A stretch of 64,000 nucleotides of DNA from Alphaproteobacteria bacterium (lineage in GTDB: Bacteria; Pseudomonadota; Alphaproteobacteria; MPNO01; UBA830), in NCBI GenBank assembly GCA_964291215.2, contig OZ219790.1:2144001-2208000 (forward strand). The letters are read 5' to 3'. The translations under genes were made by a program, and so were the position numbers. Positions within the stretch are counted from its first letter, which is position 1. Every line of letters begins with the position of its first letter. Positions 10,073-20,182 of the stretch are shown here, piece by piece. The notes beneath the pieces are model-generated. The model was given only the letters and a program-made list of their open reading frames with translations, was not told the origin of the DNA and did not search any database.

Positions 10073-10419
10073 GTTTCCGGCACCTGCCCGAGGCCCATCG
10101 TCACGATGCTGCTCGCGCACAGGATGCCCTCGACGCCATCCCGACCGCACCCGAACCCTGAACCGGAAGCAACGAAACCCAACCGTCGGAACCGGCACCG
10201 GCCCACGACGCAACGCAGCATCTTGCCCGAGTCCCGGAATTCCTTGCAGCTTCGGCCTGCACGACCCCGTACCGTCGCCCAAGTAACCCGTGAAGACTAC
10301 CGATTCAGCCCCGGATCTCCACCACTCTGATCCTGTCTCCGACAAAAAAATGTTCCTGGGCCCGGATCGCCACCAGGTCCGACCCGGATCGGGCGAGACC
10401 GCCGCCACCCACACGCGGG

Positions 10420-11817
10420 TCAGTTCTTGTGGGCACCGAAGGCACCGTCCATATGGCCCACGGCTCCGTATTGCGCACTGAACTGGCCGTGGATGCCGGT
10501 CGGTTGGCTGTCGGCGCCCGGCGTCCCCTTGCTGTCGTTGAATTGGTGGGCCCAACCGCCGTAATGCGGTACGAGCCTCGCACCCTTCACCGCGCCGATG
10601 GTCCAGCTCGTCCGGCCGCCCTGCCCGAATCTGTCTGTCCCGGTGATGGCGGCCTGCTCCAGATCGACCTTCCAGTCGCGGCTCTCCCCGTCCACCATGA
10701 ACTCGGTGATCGTGCCCGTGACCGTCCCGAGCGCTGTGGCGTCGCCGAAGGCGGCGGTCACCGTGGCCTTGGCCGTCCACTCGCCGCCCTCGTCGGTCAG
10801 GGCATACATGCCGGCCGCCGCCCCCGCGTAGCTCGCCGTGCCTGTCGCCACGGCCGGGGCACCGACCGCAACGACCTGTATCCATCGGTCGTCGTCGGTA
10901 TCCCAATACTGGACACCAGCCAACTCCTCGAAGGCCTGCGTGTCGGCCTGCTTGTCCTTCAGCAGCCACCAGCCGAAGACCGTGTGCCTGTCGTCCGCTG
11001 TGCCCGAGACCGGTGCCTCGAGGTCCGAGTAGAGGACGACGGTGTGTTCGTATCTGTCGTCGCTGCCGGTCGCACGGGTGCCGGCCCATCCGTGGAGGGC
11101 AGGGAGCTTCACCGACGTCAGGGGGAGCCGGATCTCCTCCGCCTCCTCGTTCTCTTCGGCGCTGATCGTGAAGCCCAGCGCCTCGTCGTGCACCGCCGAG
11201 GTGAAGAACCAGTAGTGGCTGTCGATTTGGCTGGACCGGGCGCCCGCCTCCTGATCGAAGAGGAGTTGGTTGGAACCTTGGCCCGCGCCCACAGCTCTGT
11301 CCTTGAGCGCGGCGAACAGCTTGGCGACCTCCGGGGAAGGTGTTGCCGGACGGGTCGTGTCGTCAGCCGGAGGGGTTTCGTCGTCCGGAGGGGTTCCGCC
11401 AGCCGGAGGGGTTCCGCCAGCCGGAGGGGTTCCGCCAGCCGGAGGGGTTCCGCCAGCCGGAGGGGTTCCGCCAGCCGGAGGGGTTCCGCCAGCCGGAGGG
11501 GTTCCGCCAGCCGGAGGCGTCAGCGTCACCGTCGGCATACCGCCGGTGAAGGTGGCCGTCTTGTCGTCAGCGACGGTGACCGTGCAGGCCTCGCCGCCAG
11601 CCGGGCAGCTGTAGGTGACACCGCCGAGCCTCCCGCTTTCGCCAGCGGCAACCGTCAGAGTCCCGGCCTTGATCACGGCATCATCAAGGCTGGACAGGTC
11701 CAGGGGCTTCGCTACAGGCGCCTTCATGTCCGGCGTCCCCGACGACCCGCCGCAGCCTTCGAGTGCCAGACCCGTAGCGACCATCGCCGCCAGGGCCGCA
11801 TCTTTCATCCTTCTCAT
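10420..11817 (-). CDS. Putative surface lipoprotein with Pro/Gly linker and C-terminal TbpB/Slam-substrate-like beta-barrel
   Basis: Signal peptide ending LALEG-C then GGSSG; [38 protein letters not shown] is typical of transferrin-binding-protein-like barrels. Confidence 0.7.
   Translation of the reverse strand: MRRMKDAALAAMVATGLALEGCGGSSGTPDMKAPVAKPLDLSSLDDAVIKAGTLTVAAGESGRLGGVTYSCPAGGEACTVTVADDKTATFTGGMPTVTLTPPAGGTPPAGGTPPAGGTPPAGGTPPAGGTPPAGGTPPAGGTPPDDETPPADDTTRPATPSPEVAKLFAALKDRAVGAGQGSNQLLFDQEAGARSSQIDSHYWFFTSAVHDEALGFTISAEENEEAEEIRLPLTSVKLPALHGWAGTRATGSDDRYEHTVVLYSDLEAPVSGTADDRHTVFGWWLLKDKQADTQAFEELAGVQYWDTDDDRWIQVVAVGAPAVATGTASYAGAAAGMYALTDEGGEWTAKATVTAAFGDATALGTVTGTITEFMVDGESRDWKVDLEQAAITGTDRFGQGGRTSWTIGAVKGARLVPHYGGWAHQFNDSKGTPGADSQPTGIHGQFSAQYGAVGHMDGAFGAHKN
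11385..11517. repeat. Perfect 18-bp tandem repeat, 7 copies plus a partial copy, encoding PPAGGT
   Basis: CCGGAGGGGTTCCGCCAG repeated from 11385. Confidence 0.95.
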
Positions 11818-11859
11818 CGAAACCTTCTCCTTCTCTCAGATCGGACCGACCGGGAAACC

Positions 11860-12188
11860 GTTTGAACCGTTCCCGTGGCCTGCCCCTGCCGCCGGTCAGT
11901 CTGTCGGCCTGTCGGCACCCCGGGCCGCCGAACAGACGGTTGTTGCCCGCACCGCCATCGACCGTGTCGTCCCCGTCGCCGCCATACAGCGTGTCGTGGC
12001 CCGCGCCGCCCGAAAGCGTGTCATCGTCCGACACTGCCGGGGTTCATGGGGAGAAAGTACGCGTCGGCACCCGCGCTTGCGGTTCCGCCCGTCAGCGCGT
12101 CGTCGCCGTCGCCACCCGTCAGGATGTCGTCGCCGAGACAACCCGTCAGGGTGTCGTCGCCCGCACCGCCGGTCCGCTCGATAGCCAT
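11860..12188 (-). pseudogene. Small RTX-type (hemolysin Ca-binding repeat) gene, frameshifted
   Basis: ATG at 12188 after GGAGGAG; [16 protein letters not shown] and [17 protein letters not shown] nonapeptides split across frames. Confidence 0.7.
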
Positions 12189-12260
12189 TGCAAACTCCTC
12201 CCGGTCCTGTCACGGATGCACTCTTTTTACCCCCCCCCCCCCCCCCGACCGTCAAGCAAG
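12186..12260 (-). promoter_or_regulatory. sigma70-like promoter with poly-G spacer upstream of the RTX + lipoprotein genes
   Basis: Minus strand: CTTGC-TTGACG-GTC-G17-TAAAAA..GGGAGGAGTTTGCA-ATG. Confidence 0.65.
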
Positions 12261-12384
12261 CCCAGTAGTACGGAATCATTGGATTGCTGTAACTGCCCAG
12301 GTCTGCTTCCGGCGATCAGCCACGGGTTATGGACTGAAGCTTCCGGTCTGCTGCCGCGGACGCGGAGGCGAGCGGCGGGGGATT

Positions 12385-13790
12385 TCAGAGGCGCAGTCTC
12401 GGGATCAGCTGCATGGGATCGGGATGCGCCAGGGTTTCGAGGACATTCCAGCGTTGCTTTCGGGCTGTTGCGATGACGGAACGCAGGCTGGCGAAGTCGC
12501 GGGCGCCTTGCATTGATCGGAAGCCGCCCGAGATTTTCTGGCGCAGCTTGCCCATGCGGAGGTCGCGCTCGGCCTGGTTGTTCGAGAAGGGGGTTCTCGG
12601 GTCGGTGAGGAAGCGCAGGCAGCCCTCCTTGTATTTCTGGAGCCGGAGGGCGAGGTTGTGACCGATGCGGCGCTTTTGTCGTCCGTGCTTTCCGCTCTGG
12701 AGGGGCGCCATCTCTTCGTGAGAGGCGATGGCCTGCTCAAGGATGCGGTCCCAGGCTCGGGAGATGCGGGCCACCAGTGAAGCGGGCAGGTCGCGGTCAT
12801 TCTTGCGGGCGAAGCGGGCGGCTCTGTTGGCACGGCTGAGGAGCGGGTGCGTGGTGGCTGCCCAGTTCTCGATCTCGATCAGGGCTTGGAGTTCGCGCAG
12901 GTGATGGGCATTGCAGGCCCCGTGGCGCACGCCTTGGAGAGCGAAGTAGGTGGCGTAGTCGTCATGGATGACGATGCCGTTGAGCTTCTCGTCGATGTGG
13001 CTGCGCCCGGCGGCGATGCGCAGGATGGTCAGCAACGGGGTGCACAGTACGTGGAGCCATTGGGTCCGGGCGGCGATGCGGATGCCGGTCTCGTCGAGGT
13101 GTTTGACCGGGGCCGCGGTGCGGATGATCTCGCCGACACGGTCGAGGAAGCCCTCGAAGCGCCGGGCGGTGCGTCTGCCCATGGCGGCGATGGTGGCGGT
13201 TGAGAGCCTGACCGCGAAGAGGTCGCTCATGACTTCGGCGACGCGCTTCTCCGGAATGAACTGCGCGTGCAGCAGGTAGGTCACCCACGCGGTGATACGC
13301 GGCCCGTACTGGACCGGGGCGCCGTTCGGGAAGACGGCTGTCGTCACGGTGCCGCAGGCGGCACAGAGGCAGCGGTGCTCGGTGACCTCAAGGGGCTGCG
13401 GCACATCGAAGACCTGCCGGCAGACGGGGGCTCGGTGACGCTCAGCGGCCGACAGCGGCGCGCCGCAGCCCGCACAGGCGCAGGGATCATGATCGACGAC
13501 GTGGTCGGGCGTCGCGGTCCGCTCCAGAGTGGTTCCCTTGTGGCTGACCGCCGCCTGTCGGACGTGCCGCTCCGGGTGCGCTGGGGTCCGCTCTTCTTCT
13601 TCAGACCGTCGCTGGCCGGCGACCGGGAGCTGGTGGTGCTGTCGAGCGCGGCACTGCGCTCGAGTTCGGCAATCCGCTCGCGCAAGTGGGCGTTCTCCCG
13701 CTCCAGCGCGTCGTTCTCCCTGACCAGCGCCGCGCTCAGGCGCAGCAGCCCTTGGCCCGGATGGCTTTGATGACCGTCATCGCCAGGCAT
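12385..13790 (-). pseudogene. IS66-family transposase (single-ORF ISBst12-like), frameshifted in the 5' part
   Basis: LDSTTSSRSPASDGL, APVQYGPRI, HLDETG, HDDY, CNAHHLREL and PFSNNQAERDLRMGKLRQKISGGFRS motifs. Confidence 0.88.
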
Positions 13791-13858
13791 TGTGGGGTGA
13801 AAAGGTCCTGCAGGCACGCAAAAGCCTCGTCGTGGCCGGCGAGGTCCTCGCGCCACCG

Positions 13859-14518
13859 TCACGGGACCTCGCCGGCCATGATCGCGGCCAGCACCGCCAG
13901 GCGTTCGCCCGCCGGCATGGCCTCGTAGAGCCGGCCCCAGTTGGCCGCCTTGCGCTTGATGCGCTGGCGGTCGGTGAAGTTCCGGCCGGCGAAGCGCACC
14001 CAGTGCACCCGGTCGGGCGCGAAGTTGAACCACACCACCTCGGTCCGCACCCGGGCCTGGGTCGTCACCTGCAGCGCCAGCCGGCGCCAGCCCGACAGCA
14101 GGTCGTCATAGAGCGCAGACGGGTGGCCCGAGACCATCACCTGGCAGGGCAGACCCTTGAGCAGCTCAAGCAGCGCGACGTGGTCGGCCTCCGCATACTC
14201 GAAGCGGTAGCGCTGCGACGAACGCCGGGTCGCGTGCAGATAGGGCGGATCGCTGTAGACCAGCTCCGGGCCCAGAAACGCAAACGACGCCAGAAAGGAG
14301 TGGGCGCAGCCATGCACCAACTCCACCGGGTAGTCGCAGCCAAAGGCCTCAAGCGCCCGCTCATCGAGGTCGATCCCGATCGAGCGCACGGCAGCAGGCT
14401 TGCGCTTCATCAGCGCACCGCCCCCCAGGTGACTCTCGATATAGACAGAGTGCGGCGGCATCAGCGCAATCAGCGCCTGGCTCAGACCCGTCGTCGCCTT
14501 CGATCCGAAATACCCCAC
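13859..14518 (-). CDS. Short Dam/D12-class N6-adenine DNA methyltransferase
   Basis: GTG start after GGAGGAG; YFGSK, YIESHLGGGA (SAM binding), IGID and VYSDPPY catalytic motif; 219 aa. Confidence 0.85.
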   Translation of the reverse strand: MGYFGSKATTGLSQALIALMPPHSVYIESHLGGGALMKRKPAAVRSIGIDLDERALEAFGCDYPVELVHGCAHSFLASFAFLGPELVYSDPPYLHATRRSSQRYRFEYAEADHVALLELLKGLPCQVMVSGHPSALYDDLLSGWRRLALQVTTQARVRTEVVWFNFAPDRVHWVRFAGRNFTDRQRIKRKAANWGRLYEAMPAGERLAVLAAIMAGEVP

Positions 14519-14645
14519 CAGCCGCTCCTCCCATGCGAGAGGGCAACCCATAGGCGCGCGCGCCTATGCAGTCAAGGCCGAGAGCAGCGACACGGCGAAC
14601 AAAATCAGCAAGCTCTCACACTTGGCAGGGTACCTGGGTAGTTAC

Positions 14646-15268
14646 GGGATAACTTGAATGGCGGTGCCGGTGATGACACCCTGTATGGTGGCGACGACAA
14701 CGACAACCTGGGCGGCGGTGCCGGTGACGACACCCTGTATGGCGGTGCCGGTTCTGACTTGCTGTATGGCGGTGCCGGCGACGATATCTTGTATACGGGG
14801 GAAAACGACTGGGCCGACAGGGCGTTCGGTGAAGATGGTAACGACATCCTGTACGGCGGTTCCGCTCGCGATAGCCTCTACGGCGGCGACGGGGACGACA
14901 CCCTGTATGGCAGCGATGGTGACGATGACCTTGATGGTGGCTTTGACAACGACATCCTGTATGGCGGTGCTGGCGACGACGAACTCTTCGGCGGCGCGGG
15001 TGATGACACTCTGGAGGGCGGCGATGGCGCCGACGAATTCGTGTTTGGGGCGGATATCCCCACTCGGTCGAGGGAAGAAGGAGGAACCGACACCATTGTC
15101 GATTTCGAGGAGGATGACACCATCGTGATTCACGGAGTCGATGGGTTCCGGTCGCTGGACATCAGACAGGACGGGCTCGACACGGTCATCACCCTGGACT
15201 ATGCAACGATCAGGCTGCAGGACATCGTGGCCGCGTCGCTGGACTCCACGGATTTCGACTTCGTTTGA
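14646..15268 (+). pseudogene. 3' part of RTX-type calcium-binding protein with type I secretion-like C-terminus, 5'-truncated by IS66
   Basis: About 13 GGxGxDxLx nonapeptides then [18 protein letters not shown]; no start or RBS beyond the IS end. Confidence 0.8.
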
Positions 15269-15305
15269 TGCAGAATTCCGGAGGTCGTGGAGAAATAAAT
15301 TCAGA

Positions 15306-16495
15306 CCCCACTTCCAGTCTGAAGTGCAACACCCGGCCCTCATCGCAGTGAGGGCGTAGCCCGAACGGAGATGAGGGCCGGGTGTTGCGCAAATTTTTCC
15401 CCTCTGCCCCTCTCGATTCCGCTTGGGAACAGCTTCAGTTCCTTCAACATCGAGCTTATGCAACGCCTTTGTCGGCTTCAAGCCACTATTCCGCCGTCGC
15501 GCGGCATGGACCCTGCTGCACGTTGCGGCTTTGGAACGCAGATGGTCAGGGCGGTTTCACTTCAAGATTACCTCCGTCGGCGATCCCAGAACTTTCCGAA
15601 TGTTGAGCCGATCCTTCTGAACATCTTCGTTGCATGTCGCGCGAAAGTCCGTGCCCTTCGGGAAGTACTCCCGCACCAGGCCGTTGGTGTGCTCATTCAA
15701 GCCGCGCTCCCAAGAATGGAAAGGCGAAGAAGAAATCTGCGTCAAGTGCGACACGCCTGTGGTCTGCGAACTCCTTGCCGTTGTGATTGTGTGGACCAAT
15801 AGCGCACCAGAGCCGAGCAGGCGGATCATACCAACCGTGTCTTTCTGTCCACCCAGCAAGATGTATTTCGTGGCACGATCAACCAGCGACAGCTCCACTG
15901 TGAGCTTTGCCGATGATGGCTCCCAGTCGCCGACCCGTTCCTTTGCCTCCGCAGGGCGCTCGGAAATGTCTACCCGGCCAGAATGGCATCCGCCCTTCCA
16001 GTTCGGCTTCTTGCTGCGCCGCCGAAGCTTCAAGACGCCCCCGGCTCTCCGATCTTCGGCGATCATGGATCCGTTGCCGACCCACGGCCCTCCAGTCGAA
16101 AACGGCCGCTGATCTGCTCGGGGCCCTCCCGCAGCTTTTTCTGAGCTTCAATCCGAGGCGTCAACCGCCAAGAAACAGACGAGGCGGCCCTGCGGCGCGT
16201 TTCTGCCATCCTTTGCGCCTGCTTGTGACGGTAACTCCGTCCCCCGGTGTTGCGCTTGATCTCCCGGAAAATTGTTGATCGGCCCAGCTGCCGAGCAATC
16301 GCACCTTGTGAAAGACCGCTTTTCTGCCTCAATCTGGCATCGCTCTTCGTAGGTGACGGTAGCCTTTGGACATGAACAAGTCCCCTTCATCTTGTACAGG
16401 AACTCTCGCCGCTGCTGGACAGCTCCGCAACATCATGCGTCTAAAAACACATGGCCACAGCCCATCATGTGTTGCACTTCACTATGGAACGGGGG
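15306..16495 (-). mobile_element. IS30-family element, frameshifted (second copy)
   Basis: Near-identical to 5262-6480 including both ends. Confidence 0.9.
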
Positions 16496-17000
16496 AAACT
16501 TTCTGACCTCGTGACGATGTCTGTTGCAGGCTGCGTTCCGGGAACTTGTTGGGTTCGGTTCATTCTTGGCTGTTTTGGCTGATTTTCTCTGGCCGCCGTG
16601 TCCAGGTTAGGGTATTTTAATTTGACACTGGATACGAGATTTCAAACATGCCGATTACCCTTCCCCTGTGCCCTCTGGAGACGGTTCCGATCGGCAACAG
16701 TTGTTTCGCCATTCTGATTTCGGACGACAGCTTCACCTACTTCTCCAACCTCGTTCCCTTTGACAGCCACCGATGACTGCGCGGCCATGCTGTTGCGGAT
16801 TGGACGCCTGGCTGCGATCAGCGCGGTCTCGCGGCAGGATCTGGCCGACGCATTCGGTGTCTCGTGGGCGACGGTGCAGCGCGTATGACGGCGCTACCTG
16901 GGTGAAACGGAGTTTCTGAAGCCCCGGCGCGGTCGGGGAACTTCAGTGTTCACGCCGGAGCTGACGGAGAAAGCGACGGCGTTGCAGGAAGGGGGCGGCT
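16496..17000 (+). mobile_element. 5' remnant of a transposon related to MITE family 2
   Basis: TTCTGACCTCGTG end motif, TTGACA promoter, decayed ORF MPITLPLCPLETVPIGNSCF..LADAFGVSWATVQR similar to the ORF stubs at 30573 and 60012. Confidence 0.5.
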
Positions 17001-17109
17001 CTGCGGTAGCCCGGGTTCTCGGCGTGCCGGCGCCGTCGGTCGACAAGTGGCGGCGGCAGGGGGCGATCGGCAACGCGGAGGCGAGAGCGCGGCGGTACCG
17101 CCTGGCGCG

Positions 17110-17538
17110 GGTGCGGCGCAAGGCACCGTTCGTCGCCGCCGTCGAGAGGCTGCACACCCTCAACGGGTGAAGCTCACCGTCGTCAAGGGCTTCCGGCGCA
17201 CCGAAATCGCCGCCTGGGCGCGGGTCGTGTCCGACGGCCTGACGTGCTTCAACGGCGTGAGCGCAACCAGGTGCGCTCACGCCAAGGTCGTGGTCGGCAG
17301 CGGGCGAGCCGCCGTCGAGCATTCCGAGTTTCGATGGATCAACACGCTTCTCGGCAACATCAAGAGCGCGTGGCACCTATCATACGGTTCGCCCCAGGTA
17401 CGCGCAGCGCTATCTGGCTGAGTTCGAATACCGCCGTCGTTTCGATCTGCTCGACCTCATCTCGAGGTTATCGCGCTCAGAACCCCGCCAATGCCAGAAA
17501 GGCCGCCCAAGATATGCTTAGTTTGAGTGGGAATTAGG
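17110..17538 (+). mobile_element. IS1595-family transposase 3' remnant
   Basis: KAPFVAAVE, VVSDGLTCF, FRWINTLLGNIKSA and YLAEFEYR motifs. Confidence 0.75.
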
Positions 17539-17569
17539 AAACTGAATGTAGCGCAGGAAAGGCTTGGAG

Positions 17570-17596
17570 TGATCCACCGGAGCCATTATTGCGTAT
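17570..17596 (+). promoter_or_regulatory. Putative sigmaE promoter of the furan-fatty-acid-type operon
   Basis: TGATCC-N16-CGTAT immediately upstream of the first gene. Confidence 0.78.
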
Positions 17597-17604
17597 TGGA
17601 GATC

Positions 17605-18918
17605 ATGGTATTGGATACCATGAATCAAGAGGCAACGGAGCGCCCGGTACCGGCCGGGGCACGACGCAGGATTGCCGTGATCGGTGCGGGCATATCGGGC
17701 CTCGGCGCGGCTTGGCTCCTGTCGCGTGCGCATGATGTCGTGTTGTTCGAATCTGCGGACCGCCTGGGCGGCCATGCTCGTACCGTTACAGCCAGAATGC
17801 AGGATCGGGAGGTGGCGGTTGATACCGGTTTCATCGTCTTCAACCGTACCAATTATCCCTGCCTCTACCGGCTGTTCGACCGTCTAGACGTACCGGTCCG
17901 CAAGAGCGACATGTCCTTCGCCGTGTCCGTGGACGGTGGCGCCATGGAATACGGTTGTCGCAATATCAGGGCCGTTCTGGCTCAGCCGGGGAATGCGGCA
18001 AAACCGGGCTTCTGGCGCATGTTCCGCGACATCGCGGTCTTCAACCGGACTGCGCTGGCAGACGCGGACGACGACCCGGAGCTGACCCTTGGCGGCCTGA
18101 TCCGGCAACGGCAGTTCGGCACCTGGTTCGAACGATATTATCTTCTGCCGATGAGCGGCGCGATCTGGTCGACGCCGCGCTCGCAGATGCTGAATTTTCC
18201 GGCTGGCGTCCTCACCCGCTTCTTCGACAATCACGGACTGCTCTCCTTTGCAGGTCAGCATCGTTGGTGGACCGTGGAAGGTGGATCCTGCAACTATGTC
18301 TCCCGGATGGTAGCCGACATGGACGTCGAACTGCGGCTCCGCGCGCCCGTCGAGGCGGTGACCCGCGAACCAGGCGGTGTCCGCGTCCGGGCGGTAGGGC
18401 AGGAACTGGAGCGGTTCGACAGCGCGGTGTTCGCCTGCCATGCCGATACGGCGCTGGCGATCCTGAAAGATGCCGGGCCGGACGAACGACGCGTCCTCGC
18501 CGGGATCCCGTTCCGACGCAACAGGATCGTGCTCCATACGGACGCCCGGCTGATGCCGCGGCGCAAGGCCTGCTGGTCAAGCTGGGTGTATCTGGCAAGG
18601 ACTGGGCCTGACGAACACCGGGCATCGGTAACCTACTGGATGAACTCGCTCCAGGGTATCCCGCGCGACACGCCGCTGTTCGCGACGCTCAATCCGTCGA
18701 TACCGGTCGACGAGTCGCGCATTCTGGACGAGCATGCGTTCGACCATCCCCAATACGATTTCGGGACGATCGCCGCACAGGCTGCGCTGCCGTCGATTCA
18801 GGGCCGTGCGGACACGTGGTATTGCGGGGCATGGACTGGTACCGGCTTCCACGAGGATGGCTTTGCAAGCGCAGTCCGGATCGCCGAGAATCTCGGGGTT
18901 TTACCACCATGGGCGTGA
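17605..18918 (+). CDS. FAD-dependent oxidoreductase / fatty acyl desaturase (RSP1091/UfaD-like)
   Basis: IAVIGAGISGL, RLGGHART, VDTGFIVFN..NYP and CGAW.G.GFHEDG motifs; start could be 17620. Confidence 0.85.
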   Translation: MVLDTMNQEATERPVPAGARRRIAVIGAGISGLGAAWLLSRAHDVVLFESADRLGGHARTVTARMQDREVAVDTGFIVFNRTNYPCLYRLFDRLDVPVRKSDMSFAVSVDGGAMEYGCRNIRAVLAQPGNAAKPGFWRMFRDIAVFNRTALADADDDPELTLGGLIRQRQFGTWFERYYLLPMSGAIWSTPRSQMLNFPAGVLTRFFDNHGLLSFAGQHRWWTVEGGSCNYVSRMVADMDVELRLRAPVEAVTREPGGVRVRAVGQELERFDSAVFACHADTALAILKDAGPDERRVLAGIPFRRNRIVLHTDARLMPRRKACWSSWVYLARTGPDEHRASVTYWMNSLQGIPRDTPLFATLNPSIPVDESRILDEHAFDHPQYDFGTIAAQAALPSIQGRADTWYCGAWTGTGFHEDGFASAVRIAENLGVLPPWA

Positions 18919-19670
18919 CTGACCCGTCCGTCGTCAGGGCGCGAGTGGTCCACTCCCGGCGCAAGCCGGTGAACAATCGCTTTACCTACGGCATCGACTG
19001 TCTGCTGCTCGACGAGGCGCTGCTCACGGGAACCCGGAGAACCCGGCTCTTCTCCTTCGGTCGGCCCAACGTCATTTCTCTGCATCCATCCGACCACGGC
19101 GTTGTCGATTGCACCGGTGTCGAAGGCGTCCGCCGGCTGGCTCGAGAAGCGGGTATCGGCGGCATCGATAGCGTGCTCCTGCTGACCCATCCGCGCTATT
19201 GGGGCTACACGTTCAATCCAGTCAGCTTCTGGTTCCTCGCAGGCGCCACCGGCAATCTCCGGGCCGTGCTGGCAGAGGTCCACAATACCTTCGGCGACCG
19301 TCACGGCTATCTTTGCACGGGCAAGAACGGCACCGATATCGCACGCGACCACTGGACCATTATCGCTAAGCACTTTCACGTCTCACCCTTCTTCGACATC
19401 GCGGGCGAATACCGGTTCCGGTTCCTGCTGGATGAGGCCCGTATCGCCGTGCGTATCGTCTATGACGACGGCGCAGGCGGCGGGCTCGATACGGCCATAG
19501 CCGGTACGCGCCGTCCTTTTACCGACCGGGAACTCGGCCGGGCACTCCTGCGCCGGCCGTTGGGTGCCGCCCGAACGACGGCGCTGATCCACTGGCAGGC
19601 GCTCCGTCTGTGGCACAAGGGGGTGCCTTACCGGCATCGCGCGAAGCCGCCGGAGCAGAGCATCACATGA
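18909..19670 (+). CDS. DUF1365 family protein (RSP1090/UfaO-like)
   Basis: H.R..P..N.F.Y, GYTFNPVSFW, AEVHNTFGDRHGY, KHFHVSPF and IHWQALRLW motifs. Confidence 0.88.
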   Translation: MGVTDPSVVRARVVHSRRKPVNNRFTYGIDCLLLDEALLTGTRRTRLFSFGRPNVISLHPSDHGVVDCTGVEGVRRLAREAGIGGIDSVLLLTHPRYWGYTFNPVSFWFLAGATGNLRAVLAEVHNTFGDRHGYLCTGKNGTDIARDHWTIIAKHFHVSPFFDIAGEYRFRFLLDEARIAVRIVYDDGAGGGLDTAIAGTRRPFTDRELGRALLRRPLGAARTTALIHWQALRLWHKGVPYRHRAKPPEQSIT

Positions 19671-20182
19671 TTCTTCGCCTTGTTCTGCTCGCACTGGTGC
19701 TCGGTGTCGAGAGCGCCGCCGCAGCGCTACCGGAACTCTCGGGCCGGGTCGCGGCCACGCATCCCTCAGGCTGCGCCGATTACAGATTTATGTTCTTCAG
19801 GCTTTACAGGGCAGAACTGTGGACGGACGCCATTGCGTTGCCTGGGGAAAAGTTCGGGCTGTCCCTGATCTATCACCGCGGTTTTAGCCACGACGAACTG
19901 GTCTCAAGCTCGATATCCGAGATGGCGCGCATATCGGGCCGGGCCGAAGCGAGCTTTGCCGCCACGCGTATGCAACTCCGACGGGCGATGCGAAGCGTAG
20001 CCGAGGGTGACCGTTATACGGCGTGGCGCAACGGCCCCGGCCGCGTCGAGTTTTTCCTCAATGGCAGGCCGACGGGCGTGCTGACGCAGGACTCCGATCT
20101 GTTTCTTGATATCTGGCTCGGCCCTGCCAGCCGTGACCCTGAGCGGAGGAACACGCTGCTCTCCGGGCGCTGCGATGACTGA
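19667..20182 (+). CDS. Secreted chalcone-isomerase-like protein
   Basis: Signal peptide; FFRLYRAELW, LSLIY.R, V.EGD and FLDIWLGP motifs; ATGA coupling. Confidence 0.7.
   Translation: MILRLVLLALVLGVESAAAALPELSGRVAATHPSGCADYRFMFFRLYRAELWTDAIALPGEKFGLSLIYHRGFSHDELVSSSISEMARISGRAEASFAATRMQLRRAMRSVAEGDRYTAWRNGPGRVEFFLNGRPTGVLTQDSDLFLDIWLGPASRDPERRNTLLSGRCDD

Larger units (their letters stand above)
12289..14645 (-). mobile_element. IS66-family element (subfamily B) carrying an intact methyltransferase passenger
   Basis: 14-bp terminal inverted repeats GTAACTGCCCAGGT / ACCTGGGTAGTTAC (1 mismatch) enclose the MTase and transposase genes. Confidence 0.88.

Noticed and set aside
10290-10414. Short repeats CCGGATC(G/T)CCACCA downstream of the lipoprotein gene
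   Set aside because: Could be a transposon end or terminator region, but is too short and degenerate to assign.
11385-11517. Regular short repeats as a possible CRISPR array
   Set aside because: Head-to-tail 18-bp units with no spacers, in frame inside a gene, and no cas genes in the window.
14654-15030. 27-bp periodic repeats as a possible array
   Set aside because: They are degenerate codons of RTX nonapeptides.
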